Positions 28,516 to 39,128 of a DNA stretch of 64,000 bases are shown one piece after another. Below the pieces are notes generated by a model that saw nothing but the letters and a program-made list of their open reading frames with translations, was not told where the DNA came from and did no database searches. The stretch covers positions 3,904,001 through 3,968,000 of the forward strand of contig CBDETY010000003.1 in NCBI GenBank assembly GCA_965243025.1, given 5' to 3'. Position 1 is the first letter of the stretch; each line of letters starts with the position of its first letter. The translations under genes were made by a program, and so were the position numbers. This DNA comes from Candidatus Latescibacterota bacterium. GTDB taxonomy: Bacteria; Latescibacterota; UBA2968; UBA8231.

Positions 28516-30519
28516 TCACCAGTAGTGCACGCGGTGGCCGTCGGCCGGGAACCAGATGGCGTCGATGACTCCCGAGAGGACCACCCCGGCGACGTAGCCG
28601 ACCCCGAGCCCGTAGAAGAAAGGCTTGCCCGCCTGGTAGGCGCCGCCGCCGCCGTAGCGCAGCAGGGTCAGCTTGACGATCCAGACCAGCAGCAGGCTGA
28701 ACCAGTAGTGCACGAGGCCGGGGGCGTACTGGAAGGCGAGCCCGACCGGGTGCAGGGCGAACCAGTGAAAGCGGCCCCGAAGGTAGGCGAGTCCCGCCGC
28801 TTCGAGAAACCCCGTCAGCCAGACCCCCCATTTGCCGAGGTCGAAGGCCCGCGGGTGGTTGAGCAGCGTCGCGATCTGCGGGTAGACGTTGAAGGCGTAG
28901 GGCAGGTGCACGGCCCCGCCCTGGTCGTAGGCGACGGTGATGCTGCAGAGGGAGGCGACCAGGCAGCCGACGGGGAAGGCGACGAGCACCACGGCGCAGA
29001 CGCGGCCGGGCTGGAAGCGCAGGGAGAATATCCGCAGGTGATGGGGCAGGGCCGGCCAGGCCGGCAGGCGTATGTTGCCGAAGAAGGCCTGGCTGACGAA
29101 CAGCTTGAAGGCGACGACGTTCTTCGCCGACAGGTTGGCCGAGCCGACGAGGTCGGTGATGAACAGCCCCCCCTTGGCGTTGGCCCAGGTCGGCATCAGG
29201 TAGGGGAACCCGGTGGCGGCGATCAGCTTGATGGTGACGAAGAACGACACCGTCATCAGCGCGAAGGTCGCCGCCGCCAGCGGCAGGCTCGCCCCCAGGC
29301 TGACCCCGAAGGAGATGACGTACACGGCCGAGACCGCCATGCCCGCGGCGGCGATCCGGTAGATGCGGACGTCGGCGGGGTCCCCCTCGCCGCGGGCGAT
29401 GCTCCCCCAGACCTCGCGCAGGTGGCGCCGCGCCAGCCACAGCGACCAGAGGGCGATGCAGACGATGGCGCCGTAGCTCTCCATGTCGAGGATGTCGCCG
29501 CTGCCGAGCTGCTGGCCCGAGGAGCCGACGCTGAACCCGAGCTGGTCCATGGCCCCGGTCTTGGCGACGGCGAGGAAATAGAAGAGCACGAGGCTTCCGA
29601 GAATGTCGAGGGGGCAGAGGTAGACCAGGGCGAGGACCAGGGGCAGCACGCGCAGCACCGGGGACGGCCAGGGGCGCGGCAGGGTGATCTGGAAGCGCTC
29701 GAGGTAGAACTCCGCCTGCGGCAGCCCCGGGGTGAACCAGGTGCCCATGTTGTAGAACAGGGGCAGGAAGACGACGCCGAAGCCGATCCAGAAGAGGCGC
29801 GAGTGGAACAGGTCCGGCAGCCGCCGCGGCCCGTCGAAGCCGCGGGTCAGCTCCAGGGGCATCTGCGCCAGCGGGAAGGTCAGCCTCTCCGCTTCGATCC
29901 ACTGGCGCCGGAACAGGATCACCAGGCAGAGGCCGAAGACGACCATCGCCAGCGACGCTGAGAACCAGCGGGCGATGGCGCCGGCCCAGGCGTCCCAGGG
30001 CAGGGGCATCCCTTCCGGCAGGCCGAGCCAGAAGGTGTGGATGACCCGCTCCGTCGGCTCCGGGAAGGCGTTCCACGGCATCCAGGGGAGGATCAGGGTG
30101 TCCCACTGGTTCTCCGGGGTGGCCATGAAGAACGGGGCTCCCATGACGGCGACCCAGTAGTCGCTCCACCCCCACATCGGCAGGGCGCCGACGATCCACG
30201 TCATCGAGAAGATGGTCAGCAGCTCTCCCCGGGTCAGCGCCGCGCGCGGCCGGATCGATTTCAGCAGGACGTTGAGGAAGAGCCAGAGCACGAAGGGGAT
30301 GACGGCCACCATCGGGTACTGGGAGAGCACGAAGGTGCTCGAGGCGAGGTTGATGCCGACGACGACGATCAGGCAGTAGAACCAGCCGGCGACGGTCAGG
30401 GCGCCGACGAACACGCCGCGCCAGGTGATCCTCAGCCCCTCGTCACCGTCCTCCCCTGCCGCCCCCGAATGCCGCTGACCAGGGCCTTTTCTCCTGCTGT
30501 CCGTCGACACTGATTCCAT
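28516..30519 (-). CDS. Large multi-pass membrane protein (DUF6785/DUF6784-like putative transporter)
   Basis: Many TM helices; LTRGELL, RRQW...ERLTFPL, WFALHPVG, KPFFYGL motifs. Confidence 0.7.
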   Translation of the reverse strand: MESVSTDSRRKGPGQRHSGAAGEDGDEGLRITWRGVFVGALTVAGWFYCLIVVVGINLASSTFVLSQYPMVAVIPFVLWLFLNVLLKSIRPRAALTRGELLTIFSMTWIVGALPMWGWSDYWVAVMGAPFFMATPENQWDTLILPWMPWNAFPEPTERVIHTFWLGLPEGMPLPWDAWAGAIARWFSASLAMVVFGLCLVILFRRQWIEAERLTFPLAQMPLELTRGFDGPRRLPDLFHSRLFWIGFGVVFLPLFYNMGTWFTPGLPQAEFYLERFQITLPRPWPSPVLRVLPLVLALVYLCPLDILGSLVLFYFLAVAKTGAMDQLGFSVGSSGQQLGSGDILDMESYGAIVCIALWSLWLARRHLREVWGSIARGEGDPADVRIYRIAAAGMAVSAVYVISFGVSLGASLPLAAATFALMTVSFFVTIKLIAATGFPYLMPTWANAKGGLFITDLVGSANLSAKNVVAFKLFVSQAFFGNIRLPAWPALPHHLRIFSLRFQPGRVCAVVLVAFPVGCLVASLCSITVAYDQGGAVHLPYAFNVYPQIATLLNHPRAFDLGKWGVWLTGFLEAAGLAYLRGRFHWFALHPVGLAFQYAPGLVHYWFSLLLVWIVKLTLLRYGGGGAYQAGKPFFYGLGVGYVAGVVLSGVIDAIWFPADGHRVHYW

Positions 30520-30830
30520 CCGAAGGGGTTATACCTGACCGTCCCGCCCCGCGAAGGGCAGGCGGGATCCATTGTCCTGTCCCATCAATATCCTGCAATT
30601 CTTGCCCCGATCCATCCCGGCTCGCGGCGGGTTTTTTTCAACCTGCTTCCCGGCAGGACACCAGGCTGGACCCGGCTGCCCTTCCATCGGCGAGACCGGG
30701 GTACGTGAGGCGGCGTATCTGTCCGGGCAGTGGAGCATTATCTTTTCATACACTGAAAACTTGCCGGTTTGCACCGCGGCCCCGGCGGAACCCGCCACAG
30801 AGAGGGGCTGCCGATTCGCACTCACCATCG

Positions 30831-33143
30831 ATGAAGCTCTTCCCGCACTTCCGAGCCGGCCCGGCCTTCTTCCCGGCCGCCGCCCTCGCCCTTTCCCTCG
30901 GTCTGGCAACCTGCTCCTCCCCCACCGGGCCGGGCCCGGCCGTGGTCATATCGACCGTCGTCGGCAACGGCATCGCCGGCGACAACGGCGACGGCCTGCC
31001 CGGACCGGAGACCTCGCTCTACCTCCCCCAGGACATGACCTTCGGCCCGGACGGGGTGCTCTACTTCGCCGACTGGAACAACCACCGCATCCGCCGCCTC
31101 GTCGACGGGGTCGTCGAGACCGTGGCCGGCACCGGGGAGCTGGGGGACGCCCTCGACGGCTCCGCCCTCGAGACCCGGTTCAACCATCCGACCAGCATCG
31201 CCTTCGACGGCGAGGGCCGCATGGTGATCGCCGCCTGGCACAACAGCAAGATAAAAAGGGTCGACCTCCTCACCGGGAGCATCGAGAACATCGCCGGCAA
31301 CGGCGACCGCAACTTCGGCGGCGACGGCGGCCCCGGGAACGAGGCGATCCTCGACCTGCCGAGCTCCGTCGCCGTCGACGCGGCGGGCAACATCCTGATT
31401 TCGGACCAGGCCAACCAGCGCATCAGGCTGCTCGAGCCGAACGGCACCATCACCACGATCTGCGGCGACGGCGAGCCGGGGTACTCCGGTGACGGAGAGG
31501 TGGCGGAGAACGCCCGCCTCAACTCTCCCTCCGGCCAGTCCGCGCCCCCTTCCGGCAGGATCTCCCTCGACGCCCTCGACCGCATCTACATCGCCGACAC
31601 CGGGAACCACGTCGTCCGCGTGATCGACAACGACCGCCGCATCCGCACCATCGCCGGCACCGGCAAACGGGGCTACAGCGGGGACGGCGGAGCGGCGACC
31701 GAAGCGCAGCTGAACACTCCCAGCGACGTCGCCGTCGCCGATGACGGGACCGTCTACATCGCCGACACCATGAATCACGCCATCCGCAGGATCGATTCCG
31801 ACGGGGTCATCACGACCTTCGCCGGCACCGGCGAACGCGGCTACGACGGCGACGGGGGAGCGCCCGGGGCCGCCCTGCTCGACAGGCCGTACGGGGTGGC
31901 GATCTCTCCGGACGGGGAGCTCTACATCGCCGACACCCACAACCACCGGGTGCGCCGGGTCACCGCCGACAATTCCGCCACCGAGGTCGTCGTCGCTGCG
32001 GAACCGGAACCGGTGGAGGTCGTTCCCTGCACCGACATCCCCGGAAGCATCTGCACCTGGGCCGGCACCGGCCGGACCGGCTTCAACGGCGACGGCAACG
32101 AGCGCCTGCAGACCGATCTCTACTGGCCCTTCGACGTCGAGTTCACCCCGAGCGGCCGCCGCATCCTGCTCGACTGGAACAACCACGCCGTCCGCGAGAT
32201 CCTGCCGGACGGGACCCTGAACACGATCATGGGGACCTACTTCGTCGGCGACGGCCCGGAGGACCTGAGCGACCTCGCCGAGCCTGGTGCGGACCCGCTC
32301 CTCGTCAACCTCAACCACCCGACCGACGTCATGGAGCTCGCCAACGGCGACCTGCTGCTGATGGCCTGGCACAACCACAAGATCCGGCTGCTCACCGCCG
32401 ACAGCCGCCGCGTGCTCGTGCTCGTCGGCAGGCATGCCGATTACGCCGGCGACGGCGGTCCGGCGCGGGACGCCCTGGTCAACCAGCCGCCGCACGCGGT
32501 GATCGACGGCGGCGGCAACCTGGTCTTCATCGACCAGCGCAACCAGCGCATCCGCGCCATCGCCGATTTCCTCGGGCAGCGGGAAGACGGCATCATCGCC
32601 ACCATCGCCGGCACCGGCGTGAAGGGGTTCAACGGCGACGGTCCGGGGCTCTCGACCCAGGTGGCCTTTCCCGACGGAGGCAACCCGGAACCGAGCGGCG
32701 GCATGGCCCTCGGCGCCGACGGCAGCCTCTACTTCGCCGATACCCACAACCACCGGATACGCCGGATCGAGTTCGGCGGCGCGACGCTTTCCGACAACCT
32801 GGTCACCACCGTTGCCGGCACCGGCGAGCCCGGATTCAGCGGCGACGGCGGCCCCGCCTCCGCCGCGGCGATCAATTTCCCCCAGGACATGGAGATCGGC
32901 CCGGACGGCCGCCTCTATTTCGCCGACACCGACAACCACCGGGTGCGCCGCATCGACCTCGCCGACGGCACCATCGAGACCGTGGCCGGCAGCGGCGGGA
33001 AAGGGTACTTCGGGGACGGCGGGCAGGCCCGCGACGCCGCCTTCAACCGCCCCTTCGGAATCGCCTTCGACGCCGAGGGGGCCCTCTACGTTTCCGATAC
33101 CTTCAACGGACGCATCCGCAAGGTGATCCTGGAGAGCCGATGA
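30831..33143 (+). CDS. NHL-repeat (teneurin-like) lipoprotein, two propellers
   Basis: LATC lipobox; many YIADT.NHR.RR and AGTG..G.SGDGG repeats. Confidence 0.92.
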   Translation: MKLFPHFRAGPAFFPAAALALSLGLATCSSPTGPGPAVVISTVVGNGIAGDNGDGLPGPETSLYLPQDMTFGPDGVLYFADWNNHRIRRLVDGVVETVAGTGELGDALDGSALETRFNHPTSIAFDGEGRMVIAAWHNSKIKRVDLLTGSIENIAGNGDRNFGGDGGPGNEAILDLPSSVAVDAAGNILISDQANQRIRLLEPNGTITTICGDGEPGYSGDGEVAENARLNSPSGQSAPPSGRISLDALDRIYIADTGNHVVRVIDNDRRIRTIAGTGKRGYSGDGGAATEAQLNTPSDVAVADDGTVYIADTMNHAIRRIDSDGVITTFAGTGERGYDGDGGAPGAALLDRPYGVAISPDGELYIADTHNHRVRRVTADNSATEVVVAAEPEPVEVVPCTDIPGSICTWAGTGRTGFNGDGNERLQTDLYWPFDVEFTPSGRRILLDWNNHAVREILPDGTLNTIMGTYFVGDGPEDLSDLAEPGADPLLVNLNHPTDVMELANGDLLLMAWHNHKIRLLTADSRRVLVLVGRHADYAGDGGPARDALVNQPPHAVIDGGGNLVFIDQRNQRIRAIADFLGQREDGIIATIAGTGVKGFNGDGPGLSTQVAFPDGGNPEPSGGMALGADGSLYFADTHNHRIRRIEFGGATLSDNLVTTVAGTGEPGFSGDGGPASAAAINFPQDMEIGPDGRLYFADTDNHRVRRIDLADGTIETVAGSGGKGYFGDGGQARDAAFNRPFGIAFDAEGALYVSDTFNGRIRKVILESR

Positions 33144-33646
33144 TCCCGCGGAAGTTCCCCCGCCGGGCCGCTGTTCTCGCCGCGGCCGCCGCCGCCGCCC
33201 TCGCCCTCGCCCTGGCCCTGGCCGCCTGCGGCAAGGGTCCCACGAAGGGGGAGAACGGCGCCGATCCGGTGTTTCCCGACGACTACCTCGAGACCTTCAC
33301 CGAAGTCCGCGACTGCCGCTTCAGCAGCTCCCACCCGGGGATGGTCCGGGTGCTTGTTAACGACGCCGGGGCCGACGCCTACCTCGCCGGGGAGAACCCC
33401 CTGCCGACGGGGACCATCGTGGTCAAGGAGGTGTTCGACGGCACCGACTGCGACGATTACAGCGAGCTGGGAACATGGGCGGCGATGCGCAAGGAGGCGG
33501 CCGGCTTCGACCCGGAGGACGGCGACTGGCACTGGCAGGAGGTGCGGCCGGACCGCTCGGTGGAGACCGACACCAAGACGAGCTGCATCGCCTGCCACAG
33601 CAGGGACGAGTGCGCCGGCAGGGATTTCATGTGCACCGAGGAGTAG
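33140..33646 (+). CDS. Cytochrome P460-family c-type heme lipoprotein
   Basis: LAAC lipobox; PTGTIVVKE motif, AAMRK..GFDP..GDWHW, C-terminal CIACH. Confidence 0.8.
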   Translation: MIPRKFPRRAAVLAAAAAAALALALALAACGKGPTKGENGADPVFPDDYLETFTEVRDCRFSSSHPGMVRVLVNDAGADAYLAGENPLPTGTIVVKEVFDGTDCDDYSELGTWAAMRKEAAGFDPEDGDWHWQEVRPDRSVETDTKTSCIACHSRDECAGRDFMCTEE

Positions 33647-34857
33647 CGGAAATCCCGCCGTTTCGCGGCCGCTTCCGGCCGGGGCCGCCACGGTTTCCTG
33701 ACGGCGGCTCTTCCGACCGGCTGAACCCCCTCCTTACAATTCCCCTTGCCCTCGCGGCCCTGCTTTCCGGCGCCGGCTGCGGCGGCGGCTCCCCCACATC
33801 GGGCCGACTCCCGGCGGTGTGCGACGAGCCGGGGGTTATCTGCACCGTCGCCGGCACCGGGCTGCGCCAGTTCGACGGCGACGGCCGGCAGGCGCGGGAG
33901 ACCTCCCTCTACAACCCCCTCGACGTCGAGTTCGACCGCCGCGGCCGCCCCCTCATCCTCGACTGGAACAACCTGCGGGTCCGGAGGATAAACGGGGACG
34001 GCACGGTCGAGACCGTCATCGGCCAGGATTTCGAGGGAGCCGCCGAGGACGGCGCCCTGGCGGTCGACACGCCGCTGCACCACCCCGGGGATCTCGAGAT
34101 CGACGCGGCCGGCAACATCTACATCGCCTCCAACCACATCTCCAACGTCATCCGCCTCGGCGTCGACGACCGGGTGTCCGTGGTGGCCGGAACCGACCAG
34201 TACGGGTACGAGGGGGACGGCGGTCCCGCCCTGGAAGCGGTCCTCGCCGCCCCCTTCGGGGTGCTGCCGGCAGGGGACGGCGGCTTCTACATCAGCGACA
34301 CCGAAGCGCACGTGGTCCGGCGCGTCGACGCCGCCGGGATCATCACCACCGTCGCCGGCGACGGCAGCCGCGGCTTCTCCGGCGACGGCGGTCCGGGCTC
34401 CGAAGCGCAGCTCGACGGCCCCACGCGCCTCCGCCTCGACGGGGAGGGCCGCCTGTACATCTGCGACACCCGCAACCACCGCATCCGCCGGCTCGACGCC
34501 GACGGCAGCATCTCCACGGTCGCCGGCACCGGGGATCCCGGCTTCGCCGGCGACGGGGGGCGGGCGCTCGAGGCGCAGCTTGACTCCCCCTTCGACCTGC
34601 GCTTCGCCGGGGGCGGCCTGTACATCGCCGACTCGGGCAACAACGCCGTCCGCAGGATCGGGGCCGACGGCGCCATCGCCACCGTGGTCGGCACCGGGGA
34701 GGCCGGTTTCTCCGGCGACGAGGGGGAGGCCCGCCTCTGCATGCTCAACCGGCCCTCGGCCATCGCCTTCGCCAGCGACGGTTCGCTCTGGATCGCCGAC
34801 ACCTTCAACCAGCGGATCCGCCGGGTCGCCGGCTTTCTCGAGGACCGGGGGGGATGA
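33631..34857 (+). CDS. NHL-repeat lipoprotein
   Basis: GAGC lipobox; NHL repeats; start uncertain (GTG 33631). Confidence 0.85.
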   Translation: MHRGVAEIPPFRGRFRPGPPRFPDGGSSDRLNPLLTIPLALAALLSGAGCGGGSPTSGRLPAVCDEPGVICTVAGTGLRQFDGDGRQARETSLYNPLDVEFDRRGRPLILDWNNLRVRRINGDGTVETVIGQDFEGAAEDGALAVDTPLHHPGDLEIDAAGNIYIASNHISNVIRLGVDDRVSVVAGTDQYGYEGDGGPALEAVLAAPFGVLPAGDGGFYISDTEAHVVRRVDAAGIITTVAGDGSRGFSGDGGPGSEAQLDGPTRLRLDGEGRLYICDTRNHRIRRLDADGSISTVAGTGDPGFAGDGGRALEAQLDSPFDLRFAGGGLYIADSGNNAVRRIGADGAIATVVGTGEAGFSGDEGEARLCMLNRPSAIAFASDGSLWIADTFNQRIRRVAGFLEDRGG

Positions 34858-35969
34858 CCCGGATCCCGGCATGGCTGCCGGTGCTCCTGCTGCTGGGCGG
34901 CTGCGGAGACCGCGCCACCGACGGCAACGGCGCGCCCGAGGAAGGCGGGATCGGTACGTACGCCGGCACCGGAGAGGCGGGGTTTTCAGGAGACGGCGGT
35001 CCCGCGGGCAGGGCGCAGCTCCACACCCCCCTCGACGTCGTCCCGGGACCCGGGGGGGACCTCGTCGTCGTCGACTTCGGCAATCACCGCCTCCGCGCCA
35101 TCGCCGCCGACGCGGAGGTCGTGACCACCCTGGCCGGCGGGGACGGCGGCGTTCTGCGGTTTCCCACGGATGTCGCCTTTGCCGGCCGGGATTTCTACGT
35201 GACGAGCTGGGGCTCCCACCGGGTATTCGGTTACCGCGGAGGGGAGCCGTTCGCCGTGGCCGGCAGCGGCGAACAGGGATGCGCCGACAGCGGGCCCGCC
35301 GATGCGGCGGCGATCGACCGGCCTCGGGCAATCGGACTGCTCGCCGACGGCATCCTCCTGATCGCCGGGCAGGGATGCCGGCGCATTCTCGCCCTCTCCC
35401 CTTCCGGGGAGCTGAGCCCCTGGGCGGGCACCGGGGCGGCGGGATACGGAGGGGACGACGGACCGGCCGCGGAGGCGGTCTTCGGCGCCGCGGATCCGGA
35501 AGGAAACGGCCCGGTCCCCGGTTTCGGTTTCGCCCTCAGCCCGGAGGACCCCCCCGACGAACTCTACATCGCCGACACCGGCAACCACGTGATCCGGGAG
35601 ATCAACCTCTTCAGCGGCACCGTCAGGACCTTCGCCGGCACCGGCGAACCAGGTTTCGCGGACGGTTCCCCGAGGTCGGCGACCTTCAACCGGCCTGCCG
35701 CCGTCTTCGTCTCGGAAGACCACACGGTCTGGGTCGCCGACACCGGCAACCACGCCATCCGCCGCATCGATCCGCTGCAGATCGAGGTGGCGACGGTTGC
35801 CGGGACTGGCCGGGCCGGGTTCAACGGGGACGGGATCCCGGCGCTCGAGGCCCGGCTCGACCATCCGGCGGGGGTATACGTCACCGGGGACGGCGTGATG
35901 TATATTGCCGACAGCGGCAATCACCGCATCCGCAGGGTGATCCTGCCGGGATACGGGCCGCTGCCGTAA
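34854..35969 (+). CDS. NHL-repeat lipoprotein
   Basis: LLGGC lipobox; IADTGNH repeats; ATGA overlap with upstream gene. Confidence 0.9.
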   Translation: MTRIPAWLPVLLLLGGCGDRATDGNGAPEEGGIGTYAGTGEAGFSGDGGPAGRAQLHTPLDVVPGPGGDLVVVDFGNHRLRAIAADAEVVTTLAGGDGGVLRFPTDVAFAGRDFYVTSWGSHRVFGYRGGEPFAVAGSGEQGCADSGPADAAAIDRPRAIGLLADGILLIAGQGCRRILALSPSGELSPWAGTGAAGYGGDDGPAAEAVFGAADPEGNGPVPGFGFALSPEDPPDELYIADTGNHVIREINLFSGTVRTFAGTGEPGFADGSPRSATFNRPAAVFVSEDHTVWVADTGNHAIRRIDPLQIEVATVAGTGRAGFNGDGIPALEARLDHPAGVYVTGDGVMYIADSGNHRIRRVILPGYGPLP

Positions 35970-36032
35970 ACGGCTCGGGGCTCCGAAGGCGGAGGCTCCA
36001 CCGGCGTTCCGCACGCACCGACGGATAATCGC

Positions 36033-37103
36033 ATGAACACCGACAACAGACGCACCGCCATCGTTTCGGCGGTCTCCCTGGTCCTGGCGGCCGCGCTTGG
36101 CTGCTCGTCGCCGACCTCCGAAAACGGCAACGGCGGACCCGCGGGCCCGCCCTCGTGGAAGCTCGTGCAGCAGGAGCTGCCCTCCGCCCTGATGTCCGTA
36201 CAGGTCGTCTCCAACGGCGACGTCTACGCCGTCGGCGCCGACGTCGAAGACGGCAGGGGGCCGTACGTGCTGCGCTTCGACGGCAAAAGCTGGACCCGCC
36301 TGGAAACCGGCGCGTCCGGCGACCTGTGGTGGGTGCACGAAGTCGGCCCGGACGAGATCTGGATGAGCGGGGCCGACCGCCTCGTGCTGCGGCACCAGCC
36401 CTCGACAGGGACTTTCACCCGGTCCGACGCGGGGGAGGGGGAGGAAATCCTCTACGGGATCTGGGGATTGGACGGAGGCGACATCTGGGCGGTCGGCGGC
36501 AGGAAATGCGGGGTCGCCCTGCGCTACGACGGCAGCAGCTGGCGCGAGCTCGAGCTGCCTGAATTCGAGGGGGCGGTCTGCATGCCGAACCTGTTCAAGG
36601 TCTGGGGCCCGGCGGCCGACGAGGTCTGGATGGTGGGAGAGCGGGGCGTCACCATCGCCTTCGACGGCACCGGACTCGACCTGCAGCAGACCGAATCGGG
36701 GCGCACCCTGTTCACCGTGCACGGGGACCCCGAGGGGGAGCTGATCGCGGCGGTCGGCGGGCAGCTTTCGGGCGAGGCCTGGGAGCTGGTCGACGGAGTC
36801 TGGCTCGAAACGACCCCGGAACGACCGCCGCAGTTGCTCGGGGTCAACGTCGGGCCGGATGGAGAGGCGGTAGCGGTCGGCGACGCCGCTTCGAGCCTCC
36901 GCCGGGGCAGCGAAGGCTGGTCGGTCGAGGAGAACGGCCTTTTCGACACGGTCGGCGACCTCACGTTTCACGCGGTCTGGAGCGACCCGGACGGCAATTC
37001 CTGGGCGGTCGGAGGCCAGCTGCTGATCGGGCCCTTCGACCGCGGCATGGTCGCCTACTTCGGCCCCGGCACCCCTTCCTCGGAGATCGTCAACGGCCGC
37101 TGA
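36033..37103 (+). CDS. Beta-propeller lipoprotein (WD40/YVTN/BNR-like)
   Basis: ALGC lipobox; repeats such as LYGIWG..DIWAVG, LFKVWG..EVWMVG, YDGSSW. Confidence 0.75.
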   Translation: MNTDNRRTAIVSAVSLVLAAALGCSSPTSENGNGGPAGPPSWKLVQQELPSALMSVQVVSNGDVYAVGADVEDGRGPYVLRFDGKSWTRLETGASGDLWWVHEVGPDEIWMSGADRLVLRHQPSTGTFTRSDAGEGEEILYGIWGLDGGDIWAVGGRKCGVALRYDGSSWRELELPEFEGAVCMPNLFKVWGPAADEVWMVGERGVTIAFDGTGLDLQQTESGRTLFTVHGDPEGELIAAVGGQLSGEAWELVDGVWLETTPERPPQLLGVNVGPDGEAVAVGDAASSLRRGSEGWSVEENGLFDTVGDLTFHAVWSDPDGNSWAVGGQLLIGPFDRGMVAYFGPGTPSSEIVNGR

Positions 37104-37221
37104 GCCGGCTTGCGGGAGCGCTGAAATTATCCGCAGGCGCGAGCGAACCCGGCGGGACTTCCCCCCCTCGGGTTGACCGCCGGGGTTTGCCAATCCCGCT
37201 CAACCTTCGGAGAATCCCCGC

Positions 37222-38046
37222 ATGCGAAAGTCCTTCCACGCGCTGCTGCGCCCGGTCGCGGCAGCCGCCTGCGCCGTTGCCGCCTCCGGATGCGGCGATG
37301 AGGGCGCGGATGAAATGGGACGGGTCACCATCCGCTTCGAGCACGAGGTCGACGGCGCCGTCCTAGAGTTGGAGACCGGCAGCTACACCAACGCCGCCGG
37401 CAACCGGTACTCCGTGACCCACCTCGAGTACATCCTCACCGAAATCTCCCTGGCCGATGCCGGCGGCGGCAGCGTCGACCTCGCCGGCCACCACTACCTC
37501 AACGAGTCCTGCGGCGGATCAAGGCGGCTTTCGGCCGATGTTCCCGGCGGCTCCTACAGCGCCCTGCGTTTCCGTTTCGGGATCGGCGGGGAGGCCAACG
37601 TCACCGGCGGGCTGCCGAACCGGACGGCGTACAACAACATGGCCTGGCCCGACAACATGGGCGGAGGCTACCACTACATGCGCCTCGAAGGCATTTACGA
37701 CGACGGCGGGGAGGTGGCGAGCTTCCTGTCGCACACCGGCCCGGCCGGCGGCGGGGACTTCTCGTTCCCGGTCGAGCTGCCGATCGCCCTCGAGGTCGAC
37801 GCCGGCCACTGGGAGATCGCCGTCGCCATGGACGTCAACAGCTGGTTCGACGAGCCGGTGTACGACTTTACCGGCGCCGGCGCGATCATGGGGAACGCCG
37901 ACGCCCAGGTCCTCCACCGCGACAACGGAGCCGACGTGTTCACGGTCTACGGGGTTTCGCGCGGCGGCATGGAGGGGGAAGGCAACGACATGGACGGTAT
38001 GGATACGGAGTGCGCGCCCGGGGGGGCGATGCAGCACGACGGTTAG
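37222..38046 (+). CDS. mbnP: MbnP family copper-binding protein
   Basis: YTNAAGNRYSV..LEYIL..I.L, YSALRFRFG, MAWPDNMGGGYHYMRLEG, HTG; directly upstream of a di-heme enzyme. Confidence 0.78.
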   Translation: MRKSFHALLRPVAAAACAVAASGCGDEGADEMGRVTIRFEHEVDGAVLELETGSYTNAAGNRYSVTHLEYILTEISLADAGGGSVDLAGHHYLNESCGGSRRLSADVPGGSYSALRFRFGIGGEANVTGGLPNRTAYNNMAWPDNMGGGYHYMRLEGIYDDGGEVASFLSHTGPAGGGDFSFPVELPIALEVDAGHWEIAVAMDVNSWFDEPVYDFTGAGAIMGNADAQVLHRDNGADVFTVYGVSRGGMEGEGNDMDGMDTECAPGGAMQHDG

Positions 38047-38059
38047 CCCCGGGGGCGTT

Positions 38060-39094
38060 GTGCGAAACCTTTTGAAAATCGCCGCGGCCGCGGCGCTCGC
38101 CGGCTGCGGCGGGGAATCCGTCCCGGGGCCGGCCAGCGTTCCCACACCGTACGAGCTCGCAATCCCCGACCGTTTCCCGCCGATGGCGATCCCCCCGGAC
38201 AACCCGATGACGGAGGAGGGGGTGGCTCTCGGCCGGCGCCTGTTCTTCGACCCGATCCTGTCGGCCGACGGCACCACCTCCTGCGCCAGCTGCCACCGGC
38301 CTGAGTTCGCCTTCAGCGATCCGGAAGCGGTCAGCCGCGGCGCCGGCGGCGGCACGAGGCGAAACTCCATGACGCTGGCCAACGCCGGCTGGTCGCTGTC
38401 GCTGTTCTGGGACGGGCGCGCCGCCAGCCTGGAGGACCAGGCCCTGCAGGTGGTGGAGAGCCCCGTCGAGATGGGGGAGTCCTGGGAGAACGTCGAGCGC
38501 AAGCTGCGGGCGCACCCGGAGTATCCCGGGGAGTTCCGGCGCGCCTTCGGGGACGTCCCGGTCACGCGGGACAACGCCGTCAGGGCGATCGCCCAGTTCG
38601 AGCGCACCCTGATTTCCGGGGGGGCCAAGTTCGACCGCGTCCTCGCCGGGCAGGAGCAGTTCACCGAGGTCGAGGAGCTCGGCCTCGAGCTGTTCTTCTC
38701 CGAGCGCGGCGACTGCTTCCACTGCCACGGCACGCTGCTGTTCACCGACGGCGACTTCCACAACACCGGCCTCGACGAGGCCCCGGCCGACTCGGGTCGC
38801 GTCGCCGTCACCGGCAGGCGCCTCGACTACGGCAAGTTCAAGTCGCCGACCCTGCGCAACGTCGAGTTCACCGCGCCGTACATGCACGACGGCCGTTTCC
38901 CGACCCTCGAGGAGGTGCTCGACCACTACGACTCGGGACTGCACCTGAACGAGTTCCTCGACCCCCTGCTGCTGCGCTTCCGCGAGCCGCGCAACTTCAC
39001 CCGGGAGGAGCGCGAGGCCCTGGTCGCCTTCATGCTGACCCTCTCCGACCCGGGGTTCGTCAGCCCCGGCCTGTTGCCACTTCCCGGGGAATAG
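38060..39094 (+). CDS. mbnH: MbnH/MauG-type di-heme cytochrome c peroxidase family protein
   Basis: DNPMTEEGVALGRRLFFDP, CASCH, FWDGRA, CFHCH, KFKSPTLRNVE.TAPYMHDG. Confidence 0.85.
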   Translation: MRNLLKIAAAAALAGCGGESVPGPASVPTPYELAIPDRFPPMAIPPDNPMTEEGVALGRRLFFDPILSADGTTSCASCHRPEFAFSDPEAVSRGAGGGTRRNSMTLANAGWSLSLFWDGRAASLEDQALQVVESPVEMGESWENVERKLRAHPEYPGEFRRAFGDVPVTRDNAVRAIAQFERTLISGGAKFDRVLAGQEQFTEVEELGLELFFSERGDCFHCHGTLLFTDGDFHNTGLDEAPADSGRVAVTGRRLDYGKFKSPTLRNVEFTAPYMHDGRFPTLEEVLDHYDSGLHLNEFLDPLLLRFREPRNFTREEREALVAFMLTLSDPGFVSPGLLPLPGE

Positions 39095-39128
39095 GGCCAA
39101 ATTTTACCCGGTACAAGGAACCTGCTTC

